Of a stretch of 64,000 nt of DNA, positions 9,632-20,826 are shown one piece after another. The notes beneath the pieces were generated by a model that saw only the letters and a program-made list of their open reading frames with translations, was not told the origin of the DNA and searched no databases. The first letter of the stretch is position 1. Each line of letters opens with the position of its first letter. The stretch spans positions 96,001 to 160,000 of the IMG/VR virus record IMGVR_UViG_3300028591_000094, one strand, 5' to 3'. Position numbers and translations under genes: made by a program. The DNA is from a virus (Duplodnaviria > Caudoviricetes).

Positions 9632-10414
9632 TTATGTATTTACGTTTTCGCTATTATTATTGCAATCTAATATCCCATGTAGTCCTGATTCAACCTCCTC
9701 ACAGTTAAAATCAGAAACGAATTGGAAGGGTTGCGGTTGACACTCAAGAACACTCTCTAATGCAAGGTATATCAAATATTCATCGCACACTTCACAGCCA
9801 CCATACGTCCTACATTTGGTCTTCACAGCACTAGTTAAAGTGCGGTCATATTGAAAAAAATCTCCCCTTATTACATCGGCGTTTGAACTACATGTATTTG
9901 CTTGGTATTTATTCTTACAATAATACACTTCATTATAATATATAACAATTTCACCTTGTTTATAGCTGGTTCTATAATCCAACGGTGTTATAATATCACA
10001 TATGTCACAACACGTTGTCATTTTACGAAAATGCTCTCTATCGTCCTGTGGTCTTTGTGATTGAGCCATATAATTTTCAAGGCATTCCCAAAAAGTCACA
10101 ATATACTCTATATCAACTCTTTCGGCGTAAACAACAGTATCCCCCCTGAAGTAGTCTAAACCCTGATGATAAAATTTGATTTTATGACAATCGTCTTGGC
10201 ACTTACAAGTAATAACAGGATAAACGGATAGTCCACATTCCTCAATCACCATCGTTCTCGGATTGTCGGTATTACCATCAAGCCATTTGTCAAAAACATA
10301 TTGGTCTTGAAATTCTCTACTAAGTGTAAAGTGCACAACGACAGTATCCCCAACACCAAAAGTGCCTGTCAAAGACTCTATTGTAACAATACCGTATGTT
10401 GTTCTAAATTCCAT
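9632..10414 (-). CDS. Cys-rich structural protein with B-repeat-like and CBM5/12-like modules
   Basis: YVFDKWLDGNTDNPR; YFRGDTVVY; YKQGEIVIYYNEVYYC; 16 Cys in 260 aa. Confidence 0.6.
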   Translation of the reverse strand: MEFRTTYGIVTIESLTGTFGVGDTVVVHFTLSREFQDQYVFDKWLDGNTDNPRTMVIEECGLSVYPVITCKCQDDCHKIKFYHQGLDYFRGDTVVYAERVDIEYIVTFWECLENYMAQSQRPQDDREHFRKMTTCCDICDIITPLDYRTSYKQGEIVIYYNEVYYCKNKYQANTCSSNADVIRGDFFQYDRTLTSAVKTKCRTYGGCEVCDEYLIYLALESVLECQPQPFQFVSDFNCEEVESGLHGILDCNNNSENVNT

Positions 10415-10422
10415 GATTCTAA

Positions 10423-13299
10423 TTATTTCTGTTCAAAATCCTTTAATATAAATATTGTCGTGCTCGGTATCACCTGGGTAAGGTACTGCAGGATTATGCC
10501 ATAGAAATATGTGTTGAACATCGCCTGTGTCGATACACACATTTTCATCTTATTGCGAAGAATCAACACCTTGCTCGGAAGGTAATATTTCTCACTCTCT
10601 GGTTCCTCATCTTCACTAATTCTATTTACAATTTTTTCATCGTAGGTTTCCGTTACATCGAATCTGAATCCGCTCACGGTATAACAATCGTCAAGGTTGG
10701 AATAACCGTAGTGCTCGGCGGCATATTTGAACGGCTCGTTGATATATTCGTAATACTGGTTGCCTAAATCATACGCCATATATCCAACGTGTGGGTTGTT
10801 TCCAAGATTGTTTAATACAATACTATCCATGTATTGGCACAGAAGGTAGTCATCATAAGTGCATCCGATTGTCAACTCACTGCTGTTGCATAAATCATTG
10901 TAGTCTGAAACACTTACACCCCCCAGTTTCAACGGAACGTTCTTCCAGCTGGCGAATAGTTGGGGGTTGTTGGTGTTTATGAGCTTGAAGAAGTGCGATG
11001 TTGTAGTCGGTACAGTCTCAATAAACTCGGTCAGGTCTGACAAATCCATGACATAATATATTGTCTTTTCCCCAACGGTGTAGGCGTTGATTGCTGTGAG
11101 TGCTGTCACGTTCTGGACAACCTCCATGTACGGAATAGTCTCCCTATAATTGTATTTCTCGCCAATAGCGTCACTTACATCGTACTGGCGTATGGAAACC
11201 GATTTACCCCAACCGCCCTTTGTTTCAAACTGGACGTCACCGTCATATATTTTATCCTGTGTGAAAAACGGTACAATGTAATAGTCGTTGTCTATATAAA
11301 GCGTCTTGAGGGGCAGACCAGAAAATTCATCGTCATCATAGTTTATCACTATGTTCTTAGAAGCGTTGTAGTTCTGGCAAAATTCACCATAAGTGAGATA
11401 GGTAATCAAGTCATATGTGTTCACACCTATCTTAATGAACGGCGTACTGTTTTCATCAAAAGTATAGTTTTCGTGCGCCAGATATTCCTCGATGGTGTCA
11501 TATTCATCCGACAAATCAACATAGCCATCGTCTGGGCTTGGGTTATAGTTCGGTGCATAATGGTAATAAATGTCGTCGCGGCGTTTCGGAACAACTGAAT
11601 AATATCTTTCTTCAATCTCAAACTCATCAACACCAAAACCAAACAGCGCAAGCACTTGTTCAACCGCCTGTTTGGTACCCTTTGTTCTAAAAATATCACC
11701 TGAATTTAAGACAAGCTTTCTCATGAAGTTGTTGTCCACACTATTCTGAGTCACCTGCTCGGGGTTAGTCGTATCAAACCACGTCTGATGTTCGGGAAGT
11801 GGTGTTTCTTCGGTGACACCGTCTATAATCCACCTGTTATCCAGTTTAGATAGGTTGTCCACAAACGCAGTTGATAGCGCTATGTTGTCATCGTTGTTCA
11901 GTTTAGTTGAGCAAACCTCCCAGCCGCGCAGTTCCGCTTTGTCGGATAATTCAGCACTCCCAATATTGTTAATACCACCATATGTAATGACATTCTTCAA
12001 GGAAATTGCGTCTATGTAGCGCTTTACATCGTCGAAACTTCTACCCCATATACGCAAAACGTGTTGCATTCTGGTGCCGCCAAGAATATTTTCCTGTTCG
12101 TCCCCCTCCACATATTCTCTTGTGTATGTCCAGTCAAACGTTTTAACGGCCTCGTGAGTCATGTTTCGCCAGATATTGTCACACCATAGTGAATCCTGCA
12201 GACTACCAAGATTGTATAAATCGTTAACATAGTTTTCAAATCCAACAGTGTCGATTAATACACAATAACCGTCACTCGGCCATACATAAGCTCGTTCGGC
12301 ATAGTAGTAGCCTGGACTGTTGTTTGGCATTTGGATGGGGGTTACTAGTCTGGCATTGTATTGAGGCATGGTTCTTCTGTTTAACAAAACTACCTCAAAA
12401 CCATCCAAACTGTTGAAGTAGTTTTCTATCAGTTCATTGTTGGGTTGTAACGTTAGCCCTTCAATGTCGGTACACCACAGCACACCTTCTTCCATCTTGA
12501 GTCCGTAGATGTGCCCAGTAACCGTTGTTGGTTCTAGTGGAGGCGTATCACCCACAGTGATACAGGTATCAGCCTCATAAGTAAACGTAATGTCATAAAT
12601 TACAGTATATGATGGGTCGCATTCGTCGTAAGGTTTAATCCACACATCCCAGCTGGTTATTGGATTGCCTTTGATGAGATAACTACCCCATGACATTGGC
12701 AGGTTTCGCAACTGGTTGTCGTATTCGCCAAAAGTAACATTCTGTCTGTAAAAATCCAGGCTGAATGGATTTCGCATTGCAAATATACTGACGTTGTCAG
12801 GCACCTGGGTATATGTTGCAGCGTAACTGTGGTGACCGTCGGTGATAATTCTGTCGAGGTACATGTATGCACCCTCGTTTTCGATATAACGTGAAACTCC
12901 AGACGTTGTCGCCCACGCTCTCCCTGGAAACCATTTGATTATATTTTCAATGGAGGCTCTGATTAATTCCAGCGCCGACCCGTAGTAAGCGTAGTCCCTC
13001 ACATCATTGCTTGGGCTCAGATTTGAAATATTGTTAACTTCATCGTTCACCGTCGGGGATAAATCCTCGATAGTATAAGCGTCGCTCCACGGCGGAGTGT
13101 TATTACGTTTTTTGGTTCCTGGTAGGTTGTTGTCCGTAAACAGGAAATTCGAGTCGGCGTATATCTTGCGCTTACCCGACTCGATTACATGTCGCTCACC
13201 CAGCGTACCCCAATCCCTCTCGAAAATAACTCCTTCGTTAGTGTCCTGGTGTAGCTTACGGTGAAGATAGTTGCTATATGTTTTACTGTATTTTCCCAT
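10423..13299 (-). CDS. Baseplate wedge protein (gp7/P2 gpI-like)
   Basis: IFRTKGTKQAVEQVLALFG fits the gpI-type KGT motif; lies in the structural cluster. Confidence 0.6.
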   Translation of the reverse strand: MGKYSKTYSNYLHRKLHQDTNEGVIFERDWGTLGERHVIESGKRKIYADSNFLFTDNNLPGTKKRNNTPPWSDAYTIEDLSPTVNDEVNNISNLSPSNDVRDYAYYGSALELIRASIENIIKWFPGRAWATTSGVSRYIENEGAYMYLDRIITDGHHSYAATYTQVPDNVSIFAMRNPFSLDFYRQNVTFGEYDNQLRNLPMSWGSYLIKGNPITSWDVWIKPYDECDPSYTVIYDITFTYEADTCITVGDTPPLEPTTVTGHIYGLKMEEGVLWCTDIEGLTLQPNNELIENYFNSLDGFEVVLLNRRTMPQYNARLVTPIQMPNNSPGYYYAERAYVWPSDGYCVLIDTVGFENYVNDLYNLGSLQDSLWCDNIWRNMTHEAVKTFDWTYTREYVEGDEQENILGGTRMQHVLRIWGRSFDDVKRYIDAISLKNVITYGGINNIGSAELSDKAELRGWEVCSTKLNNDDNIALSTAFVDNLSKLDNRWIIDGVTEETPLPEHQTWFDTTNPEQVTQNSVDNNFMRKLVLNSGDIFRTKGTKQAVEQVLALFGFGVDEFEIEERYYSVVPKRRDDIYYHYAPNYNPSPDDGYVDLSDEYDTIEEYLAHENYTFDENSTPFIKIGVNTYDLITYLTYGEFCQNYNASKNIVINYDDDEFSGLPLKTLYIDNDYYIVPFFTQDKIYDGDVQFETKGGWGKSVSIRQYDVSDAIGEKYNYRETIPYMEVVQNVTALTAINAYTVGEKTIYYVMDLSDLTEFIETVPTTTSHFFKLINTNNPQLFASWKNVPLKLGGVSVSDYNDLCNSSELTIGCTYDDYLLCQYMDSIVLNNLGNNPHVGYMAYDLGNQYYEYINEPFKYAAEHYGYSNLDDCYTVSGFRFDVTETYDEKIVNRISEDEEPESEKYYLPSKVLILRNKMKMCVSTQAMFNTYFYGIILQYLTQVIPSTTIFILKDFEQK

Positions 13300-14222
13300 T
13301 ACGAATTTTTAATTTCATCCAAATCAAGACTTCTGTCAATGTTATTCGACTTATCAAGTTTAGCTTCCGCAATATTCTTTCTATGATAGTTGTCCTTCAC
13401 GGTCGAGTATTCCATCTGTTTGTAGATTTCTCCGTCGAAGTTGTATGTGGTAACCCTACCGTTCTCAAGGTTACGTATTTGTTCACCCTCAAGCATGTAA
13501 CTGACTGTTTCAATGTCATGTGCTGTTATCTCCACCTCAACACAAACTGGGTCGAACTTCGTGTTCTTGATTATAATCGTCTGGTTTGGTGTACCTATGT
13601 ACGGTCTTGCGTTACTCTTGAATGACGGGGCGGTTGACGGTGTCAGTGTTATAAACGACAACGAACCGCTTGAATTGTACCTATAACCGTTGGAGTTGGT
13701 GTTGCCAGATGTTAAGTTCTGGGAAACGGGCTCACAGAAGCCGTTGCTGGTTACAATTCTGAAATATTCCTGTCTCATATTTCCGCCAGCGTCAGCATTA
13801 TAATCCATGTACTCAATACGATAACCAGTTAAATTATCATCACCGAAGAGTGTGCGGTATTCAGGTATGTCGTTCATGTCAACCACAATGCCTCTTATGT
13901 CGGGATATGCAGCCAACGCACCCACATCTTTGATGGTGCAGGTAATTTCTTTCGGCACAATGTAGATTGTATAGATACCCACGTTTCCGAAAATTGTTGC
14001 AGGAAGTTTGAGGGTGTACATACCAGGCAATCTCATATCCCCATCCTCGTGCGGGTCAAGGGTTGCGGGACTAAGAATTGATGACGGGTCGCTTATTGGG
14101 CGAAATCCAGGATAAGCTGAGCTGTAGCTGCTTCTTGTCGGCCTGTAGTAGTAATATATGTCAACATCCGTAGCTGGATTGAAGATTGCTTGTTTGACTG
14201 TTCCGTATGTATTGTTTGCCAT
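13299..14222 (-). CDS. Virion structural protein (baseplate region)
   Basis: 307-aa ORF coupled to the 958-aa gene; late-type motif upstream. Confidence 0.7.
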   Translation of the reverse strand: MANNTYGTVKQAIFNPATDVDIYYYYRPTRSSYSSAYPGFRPISDPSSILSPATLDPHEDGDMRLPGMYTLKLPATIFGNVGIYTIYIVPKEITCTIKDVGALAAYPDIRGIVVDMNDIPEYRTLFGDDNLTGYRIEYMDYNADAGGNMRQEYFRIVTSNGFCEPVSQNLTSGNTNSNGYRYNSSGSLSFITLTPSTAPSFKSNARPYIGTPNQTIIIKNTKFDPVCVEVEITAHDIETVSYMLEGEQIRNLENGRVTTYNFDGEIYKQMEYSTVKDNYHRKNIAEAKLDKSNNIDRSLDLDEIKNS

Positions 14223-14242
14223 GTAATTATAATTCTTTTATA

Positions 14243-14250
14243 ATAAATAT
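14243..14250 (-). promoter_or_regulatory. ATATTTAT putative late promoter
   Basis: Same octamer precedes many structural genes (162, 20811, 28802, 42816, 51230, 59533) and the HEG (63542). Confidence 0.6.
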
Positions 14251-14283
14251 AACAAACCGAAAAATCAAAAGCAATTTTCACTA

Positions 14284-16035
14284 TTATGATTGGGATTGAA
14301 TGTTAAAATATCCGTTATTTGAATAATTCTCCAAATCCGAAAATGTTTTCACTTCACCGAGTTTCATATGTCTTTCCCAGGCAGCGGCATTACCCCTGCC
14401 AACAAAAATATCAGCCTTGACGAAAGGAGGATAACTGATGCCTGTCAAATAATCCACCTTTGTTATTGGCGCCACCAACGCATCACTGGTATTTATTCCT
14501 GTTGTGTTGTATGCACTAATATTTGCTTGATAATTGGCAGGTAAGCCGTTAACTAGCGCTGTTGTTGTCACCATTGTTGAAGATGTGTCAAAAGCACCTT
14601 TCATAAACAAGTGGTCTGCATCAGGAGTGTGGCGATTGATGAAATCCTCGAAATAACCGTCGGAAATCAACTGTGCAATATCACCGTCCTCTGGATAATA
14701 GAAAGTTTCGGTGTATTCGATACCATGAAAATCCTCATCATTGTATCGGTACTCATCGTAGCAATATCTGGTGTTGTTGTCGTCGTCGGTTGTTATCTGT
14801 ACGAGTTTTGCCTTCAAATTGGCACCGATTATATAATGAAAAGTAACAGTGTGTTCGTTTTCATCATATTCTATATTGTTTATGATATCACCATAAGCCA
14901 TTAAATGGGTCTCATACTCACCTAAAGCCTGACTGCGCTGATAACCCTCCTGCATGACAATATTCCCTAGTGCATCGGTTGTTGTCTCATAATGACCCAG
15001 GTTTCCTATTTTGTAATACCATAACCAATCCTCACCAGTTGGAGGAATTTCGATATCGCCAGCCGTATTGAGATATGTCGCTTGCTTTCTGAATCCAGTC
15101 AACTTGCTGTCTGATGTTCCTTCAATCTCAAATGTTTCATCAACATCTTCAAAAGTTTCTGTTAATAATTCAAAATGGTCGTCATCAAACTCGTATTCCT
15201 CATATACTACGTTCCATTTACCAATGGTACCAACATCAACCAACTCCCCGTCCTGATATTCATATACACCCGTACAAACGTAGGTTCTGTTATTGTATGT
15301 AACCATGTCGCCATGGAAATATCTGTATTCAGGCTCCCAGAAATTAACGTAAGTTGACAGATATCCTAAGTCGTTTTCAGTTGAAACTACGCAGAAGTTC
15401 ATGCCAATCGATAAAGCGTCAGGTTCGGCGAGTGTCAGCAAATAAGCCGACCGTTCCGCGGCCTCGGCGCACTTGCTCTGGTAATAGTCGCGCATGGTGT
15501 CGCCACCCATTCTCTCGTACTTGGTTACCAGACATTCCAACTCACAGTTGATGTCACCCGTAGCCTCCTTAAACTCCAAGTATTGGGCTACCATAATACT
15601 AATTTGCTGGTATTCATTATATAATCGAGCCACTTCCGCTAGATAATTGTATTGAGGCACCAAATCACAGGTTTCCCAATCAATATCCGCATCAATATAA
15701 AACTTTCCAATACAATATTCCATAAACGGAATGAAGGTGTCGTCATTGGCAGTGTGCCCGTCATACCTCTTGTAATACTCCATCATGGTTCTGTATGTAC
15801 AAACATCGCTACCTTCCAACGGAGTTGACAATAATCCTGTATCATCATACACAACCAGATTGACATCCTCAGGCAAACGTATTGCCGACACAATGTGACC
15901 ATAACATCCAACGCTCGAATCCGCCGCGCTGTGTACGTGGCAAATATCATTATCGTCAAACTCCAGGTAAGGAAACAGTCCTGGTGTCCTAGATTTCAGT
16001 TCTTCTTGTCCTATGTTAACCTTGATTGTATTCAT
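14284..16035 (-). CDS. Acidic structural protein with CBM5/12-like module
   Basis: 583-aa ORF; WEPEYRYFHGDMVTYNNRTYVC. Confidence 0.68.
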   Translation of the reverse strand: MNTIKVNIGQEELKSRTPGLFPYLEFDDNDICHVHSAADSSVGCYGHIVSAIRLPEDVNLVVYDDTGLLSTPLEGSDVCTYRTMMEYYKRYDGHTANDDTFIPFMEYCIGKFYIDADIDWETCDLVPQYNYLAEVARLYNEYQQISIMVAQYLEFKEATGDINCELECLVTKYERMGGDTMRDYYQSKCAEAAERSAYLLTLAEPDALSIGMNFCVVSTENDLGYLSTYVNFWEPEYRYFHGDMVTYNNRTYVCTGVYEYQDGELVDVGTIGKWNVVYEEYEFDDDHFELLTETFEDVDETFEIEGTSDSKLTGFRKQATYLNTAGDIEIPPTGEDWLWYYKIGNLGHYETTTDALGNIVMQEGYQRSQALGEYETHLMAYGDIINNIEYDENEHTVTFHYIIGANLKAKLVQITTDDDNNTRYCYDEYRYNDEDFHGIEYTETFYYPEDGDIAQLISDGYFEDFINRHTPDADHLFMKGAFDTSSTMVTTTALVNGLPANYQANISAYNTTGINTSDALVAPITKVDYLTGISYPPFVKADIFVGRGNAAAWERHMKLGEVKTFSDLENYSNNGYFNIQSQS

Positions 16036-16036
16036 C

Positions 16037-17752
16037 TTAGAATGCTACTCTTGCTTCGTATAAGTTTATGTTCAATATATTATTACCCCTTAAATTATAT
16101 CGTTCTGGGTCTGGATAATATATGTGGCGATTATTGACTTTATCGTATTTGTAAAGAAATTTAATGTATGAATACCGCAAATACTGCTGGATTCCGTAGC
16201 CACCGTTTGCCCAGTCGTGAATGATTTCCGTATTTGTCTTAAATCCTTGATGCCCGTCAATGTTTATGTCGTTGTACGGCGCCATGAAAGGTATTGTTCG
16301 ACCGCATCCAGCGTGGTTCAAGTCAACTTTCATGTATATTGCCTCAGGCATTATACCGTTGTCATTGTCAGCCCATAGGTATAAATAAAATCCTTCACTT
16401 GAATTATTTGAAGCAAATTTGTTTTGTACAGCAAACTGGGCGCTGAGACGATGGTTTTCAATAACCTCATCGCTGAGTTGTTCTGGTGTTAAACCCAATG
16501 CGTCCCTCAAATTAACGGTATTTACCTCTCTGTCAACACCAATACCCCTGGCAGGCGTCCAGTCATCATAATAGTAGGCATCAAGGAGACTGTTGCCCAA
16601 TGTTTTGGAATAGAGCTTGCCCGTATCAAAGAACACTGTTGAATAAGCTAACAAGTTTTGGGAGCCAGGATTCATGGAATCATAATAAGTAAGACGGAGA
16701 AATGTCTTTTTTAACTTGTTTTTCTGATATTTGACATCGCTTGTTGTAAAATTCAGATATGACAATAAATCCGCTTGATTATCCTGGTCTGAATATGAAT
16801 AGTATTTGGGTTCGTGGGTTCCGTGTCTTGAAAAATTCCAATCGTCTTCATTTTCCACTGTCCAGTCGGCGCCGCTGTGGGCTCTAAGGTGCAGGTTGAA
16901 ATTAATCTGCAACACATCGTGCATTTCATTACCATCCAAGATAATTGGCGAATAGACTCGTTTTTCCATGTCGGTTGGGCTGTTGATTGCATTTTCAGTC
17001 TCGTTCTCTATGAAATATTCCCTTATATTTTCCTCACTGTACAATCTAATGTCACCGTCTGTCTGTATTGGTATGTTCACACTCACCTTGTATCGGTTTA
17101 CGTAGACATCCAGCCCATTCATAGTTGATAGGTAATAATCCCACTTTACCTGGGGTCTCGTGAACTGTATTCTTTGCGGGAGCCCGTCTATATTGCCGCC
17201 CTCGGCAGGAGTCCAGTCTGGAAACAGAATCTGTTGACAAGCCTCAATGTTAGGCGTTGTCGGGTCGTAGACCCATTTTAAGGTTTCACAGTCAATGACT
17301 TCAGCATTACTGATAAACACATATTCGCTGTTGTTATACACTAAGTACAATGTGGCACTGTCGCCAACTCTGTAATGATGCGTGGGGGTGAAGTCGAAAT
17401 ACCAATATATCTGATTGTTTTCCTCCTTTATATAAACATTACTGCAGTCCAGTGTCTTATATTTAGACGCGATTACACTGAAAGTATTGTTAAATTCGTC
17501 AGCTGTTGCAACCTGAAGATAAGCAACGTCGCCCTCCTCCTGAGTCTCGTTTATAATATCGTTCCAATAAGGTACCGTGGAGACGATTTTTAAATAATCC
17601 CCCACTTTGAGATTGTGCGGCTCATCACAAGTGAACATGACACTAATTGAATTACCGTCAGTATAACCATAGTTCTCCAATTCAATGTCACTGAACGGGA
17701 TTTGTTCGGTGTCACCGCTAAACTCATTTTTCGATATTTGGAACTTTAACAT
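16037..17752 (-). CDS. Virion structural protein
   Basis: 571-aa ORF in a coupled structural operon. Confidence 0.68.
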   Translation of the reverse strand: MLKFQISKNEFSGDTEQIPFSDIELENYGYTDGNSISVMFTCDEPHNLKVGDYLKIVSTVPYWNDIINETQEEGDVAYLQVATADEFNNTFSVIASKYKTLDCSNVYIKEENNQIYWYFDFTPTHHYRVGDSATLYLVYNNSEYVFISNAEVIDCETLKWVYDPTTPNIEACQQILFPDWTPAEGGNIDGLPQRIQFTRPQVKWDYYLSTMNGLDVYVNRYKVSVNIPIQTDGDIRLYSEENIREYFIENETENAINSPTDMEKRVYSPIILDGNEMHDVLQINFNLHLRAHSGADWTVENEDDWNFSRHGTHEPKYYSYSDQDNQADLLSYLNFTTSDVKYQKNKLKKTFLRLTYYDSMNPGSQNLLAYSTVFFDTGKLYSKTLGNSLLDAYYYDDWTPARGIGVDREVNTVNLRDALGLTPEQLSDEVIENHRLSAQFAVQNKFASNNSSEGFYLYLWADNDNGIMPEAIYMKVDLNHAGCGRTIPFMAPYNDINIDGHQGFKTNTEIIHDWANGGYGIQQYLRYSYIKFLYKYDKVNNRHIYYPDPERYNLRGNNILNINLYEARVAF

Positions 17753-20700
17753 GTTGTAACACTTTCATCTTTATATTCATAAATAGACTGTTCTGTATTT
17801 ACCTCACTCTTCGGGTCTGGTAAAAAGTCATTATAATACAACCCGTATTTTCCAAACATATCCTGCCTGTTCAAAAAGAAATTTATTGATTCGTCGATAT
17901 AAAAGCAACCGTTAGCAAAGGTATATGTCGGCAATGTTTCATCTGTGTTATCAACATCCCATGCATTGACAACATCTCTCCAAATGTAAGTTGCGGTTCC
18001 AGTTTTTGTTGCATATGACGGTATCTCCAAATTCTCGCGGCGCACAACATATTGACCGTTGTTTATACCATCGCATATCATTATCCAGTCTCTATATCTG
18101 GCTGAGGGTTCATTGCGGCTAATCTTGTTGATGACGAAATTGTAGGCGTCCAGTACGGTCACCACATCCAGCCACCACTCGTCACCACTTGCTCTGTCGC
18201 GCAACAGTATGCGACCACCAGTCACATTGTGTTTTAATCTGGTCTGAATTTTGATGAAGATGCCATTGGCTTGTATCGGTTCGGCTTTATATACATCAAC
18301 CACCTTGTGGGTTGCCTGGTGCACACTGCCATATCCTTTCAGTCTCAGGCGATAGTGCGGTTTATAGTAATAGCCCTCAATTCGATGAGTTACCGTTGAG
18401 GGGGCTTCTCTTGTATCTACATGAAAGTTTCCCAAGAGGTCGTCAGAAGTTATTTCATCATACTTTACAATATACTCACTGTTGGGTTCCATCTCACGTT
18501 GCATTGTATTGAAACGGAAGTTAACGTCACACAGTGGAGTTACCTCACATCTCCAGGGGCAAACCTCAACTACATCACCATAGAACCATTCATCGTTGAT
18601 TGTAATGTCGGTTTTATCTCCAAGGGTTTGGTGAATGCCGCTTGCATCGTTATGTATCAAGTTAACATCGCCAAGTTCCCACATTTTATCTAGTAAGTTT
18701 CTGGAGTCGTCAGGCAAATGAAACAATTTGAAGCCACAGGTTACAGGCCCGAAGCAGTGTGAGAACTCCACGTTTTCACTGTCATACCTCTGTTGAGTGT
18801 ACCATTCATCATGCCCCCTGTTGGTCTTGACTATTGTGACGTATATGTCGGTGAGCTTATTACCCATGCCGTCGGTTAATCCCTCAACATTTATATTATC
18901 GGTAAACACCGCCTGAGCTATACCGTCGCCATATATTGTCTGTGAAAACGCCAACGGATACTGTTCATTCTCGAAATTGAAATCAACTTTTTCGCGCTGC
19001 TGGTTGGTTCCGTATTTCATGTTCGGAACTTTCTTGAACTTTCTCACATAGTATGAGCACTCGGACGCTCCGTTACTCCTGGTAAAACGGAAACTAATGT
19101 AGTCCCTCCATAACCCGCCACCCTGCGACGGGGTTATATCAGCGTCGTCGTCGCCCGTCTTGAACGCACTGTTTATTATCTGACGTATAAACTGGTTGGC
19201 GTCGACGGTGGCTGTATGATAAGGTGTTTGTAAATCATGATTATACAACTCATAGAAAACACCATCCTTTGCTATATAGCGCTCGTTCTGGGATGGAATG
19301 TTTGTTAACCCGTATGTATCACTATAATATTGAACATAACTGTTGTTGTCACCGTCGGGAAATACGTCGAAACAATCCGCAAAAGTATCGGTTGGCATGT
19401 AGTCGTAGGTGCATATGTGTATTGCGTCGTTGTTTCTAACCAGATTACCCTGGATATATTCCTGGTTAGAATTAAAGTATTCAATATCATCCAGAACAAG
19501 CGGTTCATAGAAATAATCCTTTACATAATCCCAGGCTGTGTAGTTGTCACCGTCATGCTCTTTCGGCGTTGCAAAAATAGTATCCAGTATGGAAGTGTCC
19601 GACAGATAGAAATAATAGTCCTGATATTCAGCGTTCAGGTTGCCGATGCCAACAACCCTGCATTCTTCCTTCGTTTCATTTTCCATTGGGTGCCAGTGAC
19701 CATTTTCCTCATCCTCGTTATAGTATAGGTGTATGTAGTCATCGACTTTTAGATTGTGTTTTGTGGCTGTCCTGAAAAGAAGGTAGTTCTCACCCTGTGG
19801 TCCCATGACATATTCAGCACTAACAATCAACAAAGCGTTGGTGCTACCATCCTGAACCAGTTTGAAATCCTTTGTTTCTTCACCTACCATTGTCTGTACG
19901 GTATATGTTGTGCAGTGTTCATATGGATATGTTATCTGGAAATCCCAGTTACTCTCCAGACGGTTCCTGTATTTGTTGTATTTCGGAATAAAAGAGAACA
20001 GTGTGCGGTCTGGATACATGTCAACAAACCCACAGTTGCTTTTATTGTTCAATGCCCGACTGATATTCATGTCATGGCCTTCAGCATTTTTGGATGGTAT
20101 TGTGTTAGTATTATAGAATCCAAACCATCCGTTCTCTTCCCTGAGGTTTTCGGTAGTCGCATCATTATTCTCAAATGAAAACACGTCTTCCATATTATAA
20201 AGATGTTTTGACTGCAGTAGTGTGTCTCTTTCACTGTTGCGCGTACATTTTTCCACCTCTTCACCACTCTGGGTGCGCATATAGTCCTCGATGGTGTTGA
20301 AAGTGTCTTCGTTGGTATTATTCGGCAGTCTATTCACTATCCTGTACGTCTTGTTGCGAAGAATATGATTGTTGAAAAAATCCATGCCAGGATGATATTC
20401 GTAGCCAAATTTATCCTTGGAGTACTCTGTGTTGCGAATCATATAGTACGGAGTAAGACCATTCCTCTTGCCAGAAGCACTGGAAATATCTGGGTCTTGC
20501 GCACTCGATGATGGGTTTTGTTCAGTAACAACCCTAACGTCCGACGACCCTTCGTGTTTTATAATCTCAGTACATGGGTTGAATAACACATTCGTACAAT
20601 ACGGATTGACAGTAAGGATTAATCGATAGTCTTTGCATTCCTCACGTTCAAACAAGAAACGCTCATTCAAGTCCAATGTACCAACAGTTGAACTATCAAT

Positions 20701-20805
20701 CAACGGACTTATATTACGTGTAATATTGACATTCAAATATTTGTCATCCTGAACAGCGTTGATTGATTTTCTATTTCCTGCTAATATTTTGATTGAATCA
20801 TCCAT
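17746..20805 (-). CDS. Large virion structural protein with CBM5/12-like insertion
   Basis: 1019-aa ORF; FNSNQEYIQGNLVRNNDAIHIC; late motif at 20811. Confidence 0.68.
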   Translation of the reverse strand: MDDSIKILAGNRKSINAVQDDKYLNVNITRNISPLIDSSTVGTLDLNERFLFEREECKDYRLILTVNPYCTNVLFNPCTEIIKHEGSSDVRVVTEQNPSSSAQDPDISSASGKRNGLTPYYMIRNTEYSKDKFGYEYHPGMDFFNNHILRNKTYRIVNRLPNNTNEDTFNTIEDYMRTQSGEEVEKCTRNSERDTLLQSKHLYNMEDVFSFENNDATTENLREENGWFGFYNTNTIPSKNAEGHDMNISRALNNKSNCGFVDMYPDRTLFSFIPKYNKYRNRLESNWDFQITYPYEHCTTYTVQTMVGEETKDFKLVQDGSTNALLIVSAEYVMGPQGENYLLFRTATKHNLKVDDYIHLYYNEDEENGHWHPMENETKEECRVVGIGNLNAEYQDYYFYLSDTSILDTIFATPKEHDGDNYTAWDYVKDYFYEPLVLDDIEYFNSNQEYIQGNLVRNNDAIHICTYDYMPTDTFADCFDVFPDGDNNSYVQYYSDTYGLTNIPSQNERYIAKDGVFYELYNHDLQTPYHTATVDANQFIRQIINSAFKTGDDDADITPSQGGGLWRDYISFRFTRSNGASECSYYVRKFKKVPNMKYGTNQQREKVDFNFENEQYPLAFSQTIYGDGIAQAVFTDNINVEGLTDGMGNKLTDIYVTIVKTNRGHDEWYTQQRYDSENVEFSHCFGPVTCGFKLFHLPDDSRNLLDKMWELGDVNLIHNDASGIHQTLGDKTDITINDEWFYGDVVEVCPWRCEVTPLCDVNFRFNTMQREMEPNSEYIVKYDEITSDDLLGNFHVDTREAPSTVTHRIEGYYYKPHYRLRLKGYGSVHQATHKVVDVYKAEPIQANGIFIKIQTRLKHNVTGGRILLRDRASGDEWWLDVVTVLDAYNFVINKISRNEPSARYRDWIMICDGINNGQYVVRRENLEIPSYATKTGTATYIWRDVVNAWDVDNTDETLPTYTFANGCFYIDESINFFLNRQDMFGKYGLYYNDFLPDPKSEVNTEQSIYEYKDESVTTC

Positions 20806-20826
20806 CCTTAATAAATATTGAATTAT

